This document shows, one piece after another, positions 28,199 to 37,363 of a stretch of DNA of 64,000 nucleotides (positions are counted from its first letter, which is position 1; every line of letters starts with the position of its first letter). The notes beneath the pieces were generated by a model that searched no databases, had not been told where the DNA came from, and saw nothing but the letters and a program-made list of their open reading frames with translations. The DNA comes from an uncultured bacterium. Its GTDB lineage: Bacteria; CSSED10-310; CAZUFC01. A program made the translations under genes and the position numbers. The stretch lies in NCBI GenBank assembly GCA_964619725.1, contig CAZUFC010000007.1:64664-128663 (forward strand), read 5' to 3'.

Positions 28199-31156
28199 AT
28201 GTCGTTTAAAAATAATTCAATGTGCATCAATAACGCAGAAGCCAAAGGCAGCAAAGCAAAAAATCATCTTCCCTCCTTCCTTAACTCATCGCAAAAATCC
28301 TCGCGCAATGCGTTCAAAACGGACCACAAATTCCTGAATGCTTTTACTGACTGCCTGGCGAATATTTCAAACCGGTCAGCGATCAAATCGGAAACAAATG
28401 GAAACATGTTCGTTCAGAATAAATTGGAAGAACTGTACTCATACATTCGAAATATGAGAGAAGAAAGATTCCAGAACGAAGAGAGGACTGGATTCAGTCA
28501 GCAATTATTGACCTTGCTGTCAACTCTCACTTCAGAATTTGACGTCAGCACACTTCGGGCTTCAGATATACAGGATGAGGAAACTCTTCAACGAATTCTG
28601 CTGGAAACCGTTATTTCACAGATTATCGTAAATTGTCCGATTGAAAGCGACAAAACAGCATCGCAAAAGAATCAAAACCCGGGCATGCGTTTCCAGCTCC
28701 AGGAAAATGCAGAGTCATTAAAAAATCTGTTTCAGGCTGGAAATATCTCTATGGAAAAACCAGAAAGTAAAACATGGCTATTCACCCATTCCGGGTCGTC
28801 GGGGAAAACAGACCATCATCGGAGCTGGAACTTACCGGCTCATCTCAAGACCCTGAAATCGATCAATGAAGCTCTTCCATTACCTCAGAACATAAATATT
28901 AGACCGGCCCCCGTAAAAATATTAGACTCCCTTGTTCAATTCAAGCAAGAATCAGAGTTTCTCAGCCGGTCTGCTGAATCCCCGGCGAAATCAGGGAATG
29001 AATCCGGAAAAATGAAGCGCCTTGATATTTCAGCTTCATACAGGAACAACAAAGCGCCGAACGAAAAAACAGGTTTAAGTGTAACAAAGCAAACCAGACA
29101 AAATGAAGCGCTGCAAGCCCGTTCTTTGCTTTTTAGCGAAAAATCAGCCGTGGATTTAACAAGTTTTTCTGACGGCGACATACCGGATCATTCGGTAAAA
29201 CGAACAGAGCCCGAAAGGCAAACAGGACTGGAAAACAAAGTGTATTTGAGAAAACAGACCGGTTTACCCCAAGAAACGAACATGAAAGGGCGCAATGTAT
29301 TTGGAAAAGAGACAGACCCGAAAAAACAAGCCGGCTTCGCTAAAGAACTGAACTTTCGAGAATTAAACGTCTTTACCGAAGAACAGGGTTTGGATGAGCG
29401 CTCGATAACCGACCGGCCGAATGGAAGTGCGGCCTCTCAGGGTACATCAAAACGAGCCCCTGCAATAAGCATGAGGAACGTACCCGCCGATTTTAAGGCA
29501 TCTTCCTTCGATCATTCAAAAACGAATTTCGAAGCGCTTGAGAAACTCAACCAGGATATAGAACAAACAGGAGGCGAAATACGATCTGGAAAAACCCGGA
29601 GCTCATTGCGATTCATAAATTCTGATGAAACGGGACCTCTAACGATTAAAATGAATCTTGACGAATCAGGACGACTCAAAGCGGCCGTTGAAATTTCATC
29701 GAAAAGCGCGGGTAACGCTGTTAAAGAATGGTCCGAAAGCCTTCATCGCATTTTGTATGACCGGTCGTCTTATTCTGATCAGCGGAATCCAAAGGGGATG
29801 ACCGTCAGCAGAGCCGATAACGCATCCATCCACTCACCGTCCAATCAAACCTCAAGGTTCACAAATCAAAACAAAACGTCTGACTACGGATACGCTGAAC
29901 AAAAGTCCGCTGCATTCAGTTCAAAACCTGAAAAATCGCCTTCGTTTTCGCCACCAAAGAGCAAGTTCAAGGCTGAACAAGAAAATCCAGTCCGTAACGT
30001 TGCAGGCGACAGTCATGCCGAACAAACGGATGCTAAAGCAGCTAAAAGACATCCGAAACCTGGAGCGTCCGGCGAAAAATTTGAATTCAGAAATAAAATC
30101 CTTAGCGAGAATACCTCTCATAATATTTCGAGCCAGGTATCAGACACGGAAACACCGCGCAGTCCCGCATCCGGCAGCGAGAAGGAAAGCGATTCATATC
30201 CGGGCATGAAAAAAACAGATGCAGATTCGGCGGGAAAAGGTAATACGGTCCCTGAACAAAAGGCCGACGGCCGCGAAGAAAAAGTAAATTCCCCTGTCGT
30301 TGAGAGAGCTGAAACTTCCGCACGACGGATTGCCCGTGACATAACTGCGGCTGCAGGGAATGAAGGCGACAATGCCGGAAAAGGAAACGGCATGGGAAAC
30401 GACGACAGTCATTTGAATGACGGCTGGAGAGATCGAAACCACGGCGAAAAATATGAGAAAACCGCTCCTTCATTGGAAACAGAGAAGAAGGTCGAAAAGT
30501 CCTCTGAGAATTCTAAAAGCTTCGAAATTCCGGCGAGTGGCGGCACGAATGAAAATAAGATCGTAATGGAGACTTCCGCCAGGACTGAATCGATCCACCC
30601 GGATACCCCAGCCGGCGTTGAAGTCAGGGAATCCTCTCAAAGTTTTCAGACTTTATACGGAAAAGAAGGAAAAAGCCTATACGGCGAAACGGAACTGAAG
30701 AATCTGTTGAATATGATATTCAAAAATGCTCGTTATCTGAAAAAGGGCGATGTTCATAATCTCCGCGTTCAATTGCATCCCCCCGAATTGGGCCGGATGT
30801 CCCTGCGCCTGATATACAGGGAATCAGGTTCCATGACCATAAACATAAAAGTCGAAACAGAGGAGGCTGAGCAGAAACTTGAAAAGATGGTCCCTTCTCT
30901 CCTGGGTTCCCTGGATATTCGAAGCAAAAATACTGAGATAAGAATAGATCATGTCGGCGAAAATTATGAATACTACGGAGAGATGGACGGTGACGGCAAT
31001 GACGATGGTGAGGAAGCCGAAAAAGATGAATCCGGTTCATTCGATGAAGATGAATTTTTAACGGCAAATGATGAAAACGAAGGCGATTCGAAATTCAGCT
31101 CTGCACATCCCGCGAGCCGCAAAGGCGGAATTGATAATTTACATGTTAAGGCTTAA
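28199..31156 (+). CDS. fliK: Flagellar hook-length control protein FliK (985 aa)
   Basis: Long low-complexity N-terminal region and C-terminal LRVQLHPPELGRM. Precedes flgD. Confidence 0.88.
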   Translation: MSFKNNSMCINNAEAKGSKAKNHLPSFLNSSQKSSRNAFKTDHKFLNAFTDCLANISNRSAIKSETNGNMFVQNKLEELYSYIRNMREERFQNEERTGFSQQLLTLLSTLTSEFDVSTLRASDIQDEETLQRILLETVISQIIVNCPIESDKTASQKNQNPGMRFQLQENAESLKNLFQAGNISMEKPESKTWLFTHSGSSGKTDHHRSWNLPAHLKTLKSINEALPLPQNINIRPAPVKILDSLVQFKQESEFLSRSAESPAKSGNESGKMKRLDISASYRNNKAPNEKTGLSVTKQTRQNEALQARSLLFSEKSAVDLTSFSDGDIPDHSVKRTEPERQTGLENKVYLRKQTGLPQETNMKGRNVFGKETDPKKQAGFAKELNFRELNVFTEEQGLDERSITDRPNGSAASQGTSKRAPAISMRNVPADFKASSFDHSKTNFEALEKLNQDIEQTGGEIRSGKTRSSLRFINSDETGPLTIKMNLDESGRLKAAVEISSKSAGNAVKEWSESLHRILYDRSSYSDQRNPKGMTVSRADNASIHSPSNQTSRFTNQNKTSDYGYAEQKSAAFSSKPEKSPSFSPPKSKFKAEQENPVRNVAGDSHAEQTDAKAAKRHPKPGASGEKFEFRNKILSENTSHNISSQVSDTETPRSPASGSEKESDSYPGMKKTDADSAGKGNTVPEQKADGREEKVNSPVVERAETSARRIARDITAAAGNEGDNAGKGNGMGNDDSHLNDGWRDRNHGEKYEKTAPSLETEKKVEKSSENSKSFEIPASGGTNENKIVMETSARTESIHPDTPAGVEVRESSQSFQTLYGKEGKSLYGETELKNLLNMIFKNARYLKKGDVHNLRVQLHPPELGRMSLRLIYRESGSMTINIKVETEEAEQKLEKMVPSLLGSLDIRSKNTEIRIDHVGENYEYYGEMDGDGNDDGEEAEKDESGSFDEDEFLTANDENEGDSKFSSAHPASRKGGIDNLHVKA

Positions 31157-31204
31157 TAAAATGAAAAAAGGCAAGAATGTGGATAAATACTTCAATGAAA
31201 GGAG

Positions 31205-31987
31205 GTGAGGAAAGCAATGGATTTAACTCCCTTAAACGGCAGTAAATATTCCTATTCGAATTCTTCCGAGGATTATTCCGATCCCTGGGAAAACAACAGT
31301 TCATCGGGCGCTGACGGATACGGCAACGATTATAATACGGGCGCAATGAGTCCTATGGGTCGCGATCAGTTCATGCATCTTCTGATAACTCAGTTGCAAT
31401 ACCAGGACCCGCTTTCTCCGTTGTCCAATCATGAATTTGTAGCCCAATTGGCTCAATTCAGCTCCCTCGAACAAATGCAGTATGTGAACGCCAACCTTCA
31501 GGTGCTTCAAATGTACGAGGCATCGATCAACAATTCTCAGGCCGTCAACCTGATAGGTAAATACGTGGAAGCCGGCGGCGATGAGATATCCGTTTCGGAC
31601 GGTCATGCAGACCCCTTCCGCTACGTCATGGATGATGAAGGACACGATGTCGTAGTAAATATTTACGACGAAGACGATGAACTTGTCCGGACTGTTGAAC
31701 TGGGAACGGTATCAGAAGGATCACATGTCTACAGGTGGGACGGTGAGGATACAGAAGGCAATCAGGTGGAAGACGGCGTATACAGGGTTGAGATTCTAGG
31801 TGAAACGGATTCCGGCAAAGCCATGGAAATCCAGACGCTGGTGCGCATGCGGGTTTCCGGGGTTTCTTTCGAGGACGGAGTTGTTTACCTGAAAATGGAT
31901 GATCTTAAAATCCCCCTGTCGGATGTAGTCGAAATTTTTGAAGAGGAACCGCAATGGGGCGATGAAGAGGAGTCCGAAGGTTTTTAA
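31205..31987 (+). CDS. flgD: Hook capping protein FlgD (start 31205 GTG or 31217 ATG)
   Basis: FMHLLITQLQYQDPLSP...FVAQLAQFSSLEQM and WDG Ig-like domain. Confidence 0.96.
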   Translation: MRKAMDLTPLNGSKYSYSNSSEDYSDPWENNSSSGADGYGNDYNTGAMSPMGRDQFMHLLITQLQYQDPLSPLSNHEFVAQLAQFSSLEQMQYVNANLQVLQMYEASINNSQAVNLIGKYVEAGGDEISVSDGHADPFRYVMDDEGHDVVVNIYDEDDELVRTVELGTVSEGSHVYRWDGEDTEGNQVEDGVYRVEILGETDSGKAMEIQTLVRMRVSGVSFEDGVVYLKMDDLKIPLSDVVEIFEEEPQWGDEEESEGF

Positions 31988-32011
31988 CATCAGCTTTTCA
32001 GAGGTGATTTG

Positions 32012-32413
32012 ATGAATCCGAAATTCATCTCCGGGTCTAAAATTCAACAGCAGCAAATCAGAAATGCGCAGCATGCAGGCATGAATAAACCTGCAACCGA
32101 CAGCGGATTTCGAGACATACTGCAATCCAAATTGAACAAAAAACCGGAACTTACTCTGTCGGCTCATGCAAAACAAAGATTGGAAAAAAGAAACATAAAG
32201 ATCGGAATTAATGACCTGAAAGCGGTCAACCGGGCTCTGGAAAGAGCCAAATTAAACGGAAACGGCGATTCTCTGGTCTGCATGGGCGACATGGCGTTAA
32301 TAGTGAACGTTAAAAACAAGAAAGTGGTAACGGCCCTGAAAGGCATGGACATGAACGAAAAAGTATTCACCAACATCGACAGCGCCATATTCGTCAACCC
32401 TGACGATACGTGA
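32012..32413 (+). CDS. Flagellar operon protein (TIGR02530-like)
   Basis: LSAHAKQRL..R.I, ALIVNVKNKKVVTA and VFTNIDSA. Between flgD and flgE. Confidence 0.9.
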   Translation: MNPKFISGSKIQQQQIRNAQHAGMNKPATDSGFRDILQSKLNKKPELTLSAHAKQRLEKRNIKIGINDLKAVNRALERAKLNGNGDSLVCMGDMALIVNVKNKKVVTALKGMDMNEKVFTNIDSAIFVNPDDT

Positions 32414-32513
32414 TGAATGATGCAATATGGCGAAAAGTCAATCATTCCTAATTTCGTGAGAACCAGATAAATACAATTTTTCTTTTTGCAAGCGCAACAA
32501 CAAAGTGAGTAAA

Positions 32514-32568
32514 GAGCCGGCCCCGAGAAAATTTGGGAGGCTCAATGTCGCGGAACGACAGAAGCGAC
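32514..32568 (+). promoter_or_regulatory. Candidate two-hairpin RNA leader of flgE
   Basis: Stems GAGCC/GGCTC (with inner CCCGAG/TTTGGG) and GTCGC/GCGAC end 5 nt before the AAGGAG RBS. Confidence 0.5.
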
Positions 32569-32586
32569 AAGCAAAGGAGATAAGAC

Positions 32587-33819
32587 ATGTTTTCTTCTTT
32601 TTACGCAGGAGTATCGGGATTATCCAATTTCGGTATGGCCATGAACGTAATCGGCGACAATATCGCCAACATAAATACCATTGGATTCAAGGAGGGAGTC
32701 CCCAACTTCAGCGACCTGATGTGCCACACTATCGGCAGCGGAGCGACCGGAAACATACAACTGGGATTGGGGTCAAAGATAGCAGGCATAAACGCCTCTT
32801 TCCACCAGGGCAGCATTCAATCTTCCAACAACCCGACGGATACGGCCATTCAGGGAAACGGGTTCTTTATCCTGAGCGACTCCGAAAACAACAAAGCGTA
32901 CACCCGTGCAGGAAACTTTCAAATTGACGAGGAAGGGTTTCTCATCAATTCCGGCGGAATGTTCGTACAGGGATGGACCAGTGTGGATGAGGACGGCAAC
33001 ATCAACACCAACGGAGACCTGGGGAATATTAATATTCCACAGGGTTTGACGGTGCCGCCTAAAGCCACATCCCTTATGAACATGAATATGAATCTGGATG
33101 CTAACGCAGAGGAGGGCGACACTTTCGCCAGTTCGATCACGGTGTACGATTCTCTGGGCACTGAACACCTGGTCACCCTCACATTCACTAAAACAGCCAA
33201 TCCCGGAGAATGGGACTGCGAAATAGCGTGCGAAGACGGAACTATTGATCCCGGCGAAGCGAACGTAACCGTGGAATTCGACGGAGACGGCAATTTGATA
33301 ACGCCGGCAGACAATGTCGAATTCAATATTACAGACTGGAATACCGGCGCCAACGACTCAGCCGTTACCTGGGAATTATACGATGAGGACGATAACGGAT
33401 ACATCACTGGATACGCTTCCACTTCCACTACTTCCAATACCCATCAGAACGGCTACTCCGCCGGCATTATCTCAACAATCGTCGTCGAAGAAGACGGAAC
33501 AATATCAGGCATCTTTTCCAACGGCACCTCTTCTGAAATAGCCAGACTCGCTCTCGCAAACTTCAATAACCCCGACGGACTCAGCCGAAAAGGCGATACT
33601 ATGTACGTGCAAACCGGTTTCTCCGGCGACGTCGTCGTTGGGACGCCCGATTCCGGCGGCAGAGGCTCCATCATTCCCAACGCCCTGGAAATGTCCAATG
33701 TCGACCTGGCCAAAGAATTCACGAAAATGATTCTCTTCCAGAGAGGTTACCAGGCCAATTCTCGGATTATTCGAACCACTGACGAATTCCTGCAGGAATT
33801 GATGACCATCAAACGATAA
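32587..33819 (+). CDS. flgE: Flagellar hook protein FlgE
   Basis: GDNIANINTIGFK, AIQGNGFF, YTRAGNF and LEMSNVDLAKEF...QRGYQANSR. Confidence 0.97.
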   Translation: MFSSFYAGVSGLSNFGMAMNVIGDNIANINTIGFKEGVPNFSDLMCHTIGSGATGNIQLGLGSKIAGINASFHQGSIQSSNNPTDTAIQGNGFFILSDSENNKAYTRAGNFQIDEEGFLINSGGMFVQGWTSVDEDGNINTNGDLGNINIPQGLTVPPKATSLMNMNMNLDANAEEGDTFASSITVYDSLGTEHLVTLTFTKTANPGEWDCEIACEDGTIDPGEANVTVEFDGDGNLITPADNVEFNITDWNTGANDSAVTWELYDEDDNGYITGYASTSTTSNTHQNGYSAGIISTIVVEEDGTISGIFSNGTSSEIARLALANFNNPDGLSRKGDTMYVQTGFSGDVVVGTPDSGGRGSIIPNALEMSNVDLAKEFTKMILFQRGYQANSRIIRTTDEFLQELMTIKR

Positions 33820-33823
33820 TAAG

Positions 33824-33837
33824 GTCAAAAAATTGAC
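33824..33837. promoter_or_regulatory. FleQ-like binding box GTCAAAAAATTGAC
   Basis: Identical to 17997-18010. A second GTC-N8-GAC lies 30 bp downstream at 33854. Confidence 0.65.
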
Positions 33838-33845
33838 GTAAATCA

Positions 33846-33884
33846 GGCGGGGTGTCGACTATTCGACATCCCGCCGGTTCTTTT
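33846..33884 (+). terminator. Probable intrinsic terminator after flgE
   Basis: 13-bp stem GGCGGGGTGTCGA/TCGACATCCCGCC with CTAT loop, followed by GGTTCTTTT. Confidence 0.6.
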
Positions 33885-34026
33885 CCGCTATTCTTTGCAA
33901 TCAGGCCAGATATCGGTATCACAGCCGAAGGCTCAACGCTAACGGATCGGGGTTGTGATTATTCTCCCGCAAACCCGTATCCCGGTCGGCCCAAGCCGGT
34001 TTCCATCACCCGGTGATTGAATTTTT

Positions 34027-34180
34027 CGTCAATGATCAAAAAGACATCTTTTGAGGTTGCAATTCTAAAGAATATCCCTTCAGTTTGTTTCGATTACGAT
34101 TACCGCTGCACTGAGCAAGAGCACGAAGGATTGAAACTGAGAAATTGTAACCCTGAGATGGCCATTTTTGATCAATGCCC
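34027..34180. repeat. Repeat family copy made of two right ends in inverted orientation
   Basis: 34033-34105 is the reverse complement of the family's right half. 34141-34180 is a forward right end finishing TTTTTGATCAATGCCC. Confidence 0.8.
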
Positions 34181-34228
34181 ATATTGCGGCAGGCGCCGTT
34201 TAAATTAATACAGCAATTTTACTTCTGC

Positions 34229-34244
34229 CGGCACAAGTCTTGCC
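34229..34244 (+). promoter_or_regulatory. Sigma54 promoter upstream of motA
   Basis: CGGCACAAGTCTTGCC, close to the TGGCAC-N5-TTGC consensus. Confidence 0.78.
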
Positions 34245-34298
34245 TTAAAGAAGTCAGGTCATTATCAATGACCGATCTTTCTTTATGGGAGAAATTAA

Positions 34299-35087
34299 AT
34301 GGATTTAGCGACAATATTAGGAATACTAACCAGTTTCGGACTCGTCATCGTCTCCATGGCCATAGGCGGCGGTCTGGTGTTGTTCGTCAACCTGCAATCC
34401 CTGCTGATCGTGGTCGGAGGAACTCTTGGAGCCACATTCATCGCCTATCCGCTGCCTGACGTTATTCGCGTCATAGGGGTCGTGAAAAACGCTTTCTTTC
34501 ATGAAATATCCTCCATATCAGAACTCTCAAGCAGAATCGTCGAACTTTCTATAGAGGCGCGACGGGGAGGCCTTCTGGCGCTGGAAAAGGTGGATATGTC
34601 TGAGGATGATGATTTTCTGGTCAAAGGCATCCGAATGGTGGTGGACGGTCTGGATGCCGATACCGTCGATCAGGTCCTTCAATGCGATATCGAAAACCTC
34701 AAGGAAAGACATCAAAACGGATACAATACTTTTGAAACTATGGGCGCTTTCGCTCCCGCTCTGGGAATGATCGGAACGCTCATAGGACTGATCCAGATGC
34801 TCCAAAATATGGATGATCCGACAAGCATCGGTCCGGCCATGTCCGTGGCCCTGTTGACAACACTTTACGGCTCCGTTCTCGCTAATCTCATTTTTTTGCC
34901 CATCGGACTTAAATTAAAAAAAAGGTCCGCAGAAGAAGCGCTCAGAAAAGAATTAATCATAAGCGGCATACTGGGTCTCCAGGCAGGCGATAATCCCAGA
35001 ATCATCGAAGATAAACTTAACGCTTACCTGGCTCCCAGTACCCGGGGCAGTTCCTTCGATTCCATGGGATCGAAAGAAGCAGCCTGA
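34299..35087 (+). CDS. motA: Flagellar stator A subunit (PomA/MotP-type)
   Basis: ARRGGLLALE, APALGMIGTLIGLIQML and ALLTTLYG. Confidence 0.96.
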   Translation: MDLATILGILTSFGLVIVSMAIGGGLVLFVNLQSLLIVVGGTLGATFIAYPLPDVIRVIGVVKNAFFHEISSISELSSRIVELSIEARRGGLLALEKVDMSEDDDFLVKGIRMVVDGLDADTVDQVLQCDIENLKERHQNGYNTFETMGAFAPALGMIGTLIGLIQMLQNMDDPTSIGPAMSVALLTTLYGSVLANLIFLPIGLKLKKRSAEEALRKELIISGILGLQAGDNPRIIEDKLNAYLAPSTRGSSFDSMGSKEAA

Positions 35088-35152
35088 TGTCTTTCTTTCA
35101 TATGAAATACTATTCGCTGAATCAAATCAGACCTCTACCGAAATAATCTCAA

Positions 35153-36001
35153 ATGAAGAAAAAAAGAAAAGACAAAATAATTTATCATGAAGCCGTCCCA
35201 AAATGGGTTCAGGGATACTGCAGTCTTTTTCTCATACTTAATGCCTTCTTCCTTTTCTGCATAGCCTTCTCCACCGTCGATCAGCGTAAAGTCAAAGAAG
35301 CTTTCGTCTCCATGCGCAAAAACGTCGGGTTCTTTACTCCGGGAGAAGTCATCGGTGATCTTCTCGGCTTTTCCTCCGTATTCAAAAAACGTTTCTCCGA
35401 AGACAAAAGCGCTCTGGCGGCTGAATTAAAAAAAACAGATATACAAAAGAAAAACAGCAGGATGATCACAAAATCTGAAAAAAACGTGACTCCTGTTCCG
35501 GGCGAAATATCCAGAGAACAGGACGACGCTGGGTCCAAAGATGGAAAATTGACGGCAAGCGCAAAGAAAATAAAGGAAATGTTTGAAAAAACCGCGTTCA
35601 AAGACCGGATTCTCATTAAAGAATTCGCATCAGGATTCATGCTCAAAATTCCAAACGCCATCCTATTTCCTCTCGGTTCCGCTGCGTTGTCAGACGACGC
35701 AGAATTCTTCCTGGATGAACTGGCGGGCGTCATCAAAAAATTGACGTACGACGTCTCCATCGAAGGGCATACCGACAACCAACCCATAAATACCGACCGA
35801 TATCCCTCAAATTGGGAGCTCTCAACACAAAGAGCAGTTAACGTGCTGCAATATCTGGTAGAAAAACATCAGATAACGCCGGAAAGAATCTCCGCTGCAG
35901 GTTTCGGGGAAAACCAGCCCGTAAGCGATAACGATACTCCCCAGCGGCGGTCGCAGAACCGTCGAGTCGAAATATGGTTCCTGAAACAATCCATGGAATA
36001 A
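35153..36001 (+). CDS. motB: MotB/OmpA-domain stator B paralog 1 (TM lacks the conserved Asp)
   Basis: TM WVQGYCSLFLILNAFF, plus IEGHTDN, SNWELSTQRA and NRRVEI. Confidence 0.88.
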   Translation: MKKKRKDKIIYHEAVPKWVQGYCSLFLILNAFFLFCIAFSTVDQRKVKEAFVSMRKNVGFFTPGEVIGDLLGFSSVFKKRFSEDKSALAAELKKTDIQKKNSRMITKSEKNVTPVPGEISREQDDAGSKDGKLTASAKKIKEMFEKTAFKDRILIKEFASGFMLKIPNAILFPLGSAALSDDAEFFLDELAGVIKKLTYDVSIEGHTDNQPINTDRYPSNWELSTQRAVNVLQYLVEKHQITPERISAAGFGENQPVSDNDTPQRRSQNRRVEIWFLKQSME

Positions 36002-36005
36002 GCGC

Positions 36006-36857
36006 ATGAAAAGAGAAAAGCCCAAAACCATTCATATAACTCTCGGCGAGGAAAACAGATGGATGATGACTTTTGCTGATCTTTTAACCCTGCTGCTTGT
36101 TTTCTTCGCGCCCCTCTTCGCCTATTCCTCCACCAATAACGAAAAGATCGACGAATTGCTCGGCTGGATGAAAATGGAATTCGGCATATTCTCAGGCTCC
36201 GCTGCACAGGCAAAAAAGAAAATCTTTAATCCCATGCACAAAGAAAAGCCGAAAGGCGGATCAAGAAGATTCTTCCGGGGAATTCCTCATGATAAAGGAG
36301 AAATACTCTTCGATCCTCTGCCTGAGCTGCCTCTGATTAATACAAATACAAGTGTGGAGAATCTGGAAACAAGCATCCGCCTCGGCGAACTCGGCGCAGA
36401 TGCGGATATCGTCCAGGAAGAAAAATGGTCGGTAATAACCCTGAAATCAAAGTGCCTTTTTTCTTCAGGATTCGCCGAAATTTCCGGGGAAGGCGAAAAA
36501 GTTCTTTCCAAAATAGCCGAACATCTGAAAAAAATAAAAGCTCCCATAAGGATCGAAGGGCATACGGATAATGTGCCCCTGAAAAGCGGCGGCAGGTATC
36601 GAAACAACTGGGAACTTTCAACAGCCAGGGCCGTTAACGTTCTTAAATATCTCCAGAACGATTGCGGCATTGATCCTGCCTTGCTTTCCGCAGTCGGATA
36701 CGGTCAGCATCGTCCTCTTATGCCGAATGATACGCCTGAAGGAAGACAAATCAACAGGCGCGTCGAAATCGTACTCTTCTTTAGCCGGAATCTGGACGAA
36801 GAATTGCTGTCCGATTCCCGAACATCTCATACTCAACCAGAAAGGATTCAAGAATGA
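36006..36857 (+). CDS. motB: MotB stator B paralog 2 (canonical Asp)
   Basis: WMMTFADLLTLLLVFF, plus IEGHTDN, NNWELSTARA and NRRVEI. Confidence 0.94.
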   Translation: MKREKPKTIHITLGEENRWMMTFADLLTLLLVFFAPLFAYSSTNNEKIDELLGWMKMEFGIFSGSAAQAKKKIFNPMHKEKPKGGSRRFFRGIPHDKGEILFDPLPELPLINTNTSVENLETSIRLGELGADADIVQEEKWSVITLKSKCLFSSGFAEISGEGEKVLSKIAEHLKKIKAPIRIEGHTDNVPLKSGGRYRNNWELSTARAVNVLKYLQNDCGIDPALLSAVGYGQHRPLMPNDTPEGRQINRRVEIVLFFSRNLDEELLSDSRTSHTQPERIQE

Positions 36858-37351
36858 GCTCAAAACTGAAGCTTATCATCATTATAGGCGTCGCTCTTTT
36901 TCTGTTGCTGGGCGTTACGGGTATATTTGCGTTCATCGTGCTTCCCGGAATGCAGGGTGACGCCGAAAATCAGGAACAGACCGAAACTTCAGAAGAAAAA
37001 GGTGACGACCATTCTGAAGAAACACTTTTTCAGTCTCCCGTATTTCACGAACTGCCCACCATGATCGTTAACCTGTCTCAGGACGCTGAAGTCGAGGTCC
37101 AGGAACAACGTTATCTGAAAACGTCCATTTCTTTTGAAATGGAAAAACCCGACGCTAATGATGAATTCAACAAATCATTGCCCAAAATTCAGCACACGGT
37201 CATCATGACTTTGTCTTCCAAAAAATATGAAGAACTTCTGGCTCCCACCGGGAAAGTGCAGTTAAGCGGCGAAATAAAATCCAGAGTTAATTCGATTTTA
37301 ACGACCGTCAAAATAAAGAAAGTTTATCTTACTGAATTCGTTATGCAATAG
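36854..37351 (+). CDS. fliL: Flagellar basal body-associated protein FliL
   Basis: N-terminal TM, IVNL, RYLK and VYLTEFVMQ. Confidence 0.94.
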   Translation: MSSKLKLIIIIGVALFLLLGVTGIFAFIVLPGMQGDAENQEQTETSEEKGDDHSEETLFQSPVFHELPTMIVNLSQDAEVEVQEQRYLKTSISFEMEKPDANDEFNKSLPKIQHTVIMTLSSKKYEELLAPTGKVQLSGEIKSRVNSILTTVKIKKVYLTEFVMQ

Positions 37352-37363
37352 GTTTATGCAATC

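Noticed and set aside
33900-34015. Possible c-di-GMP riboswitch before motA
   Set aside because: One stem is present but the GEMM consensus elements were not found, and it lies upstream of the promoter.
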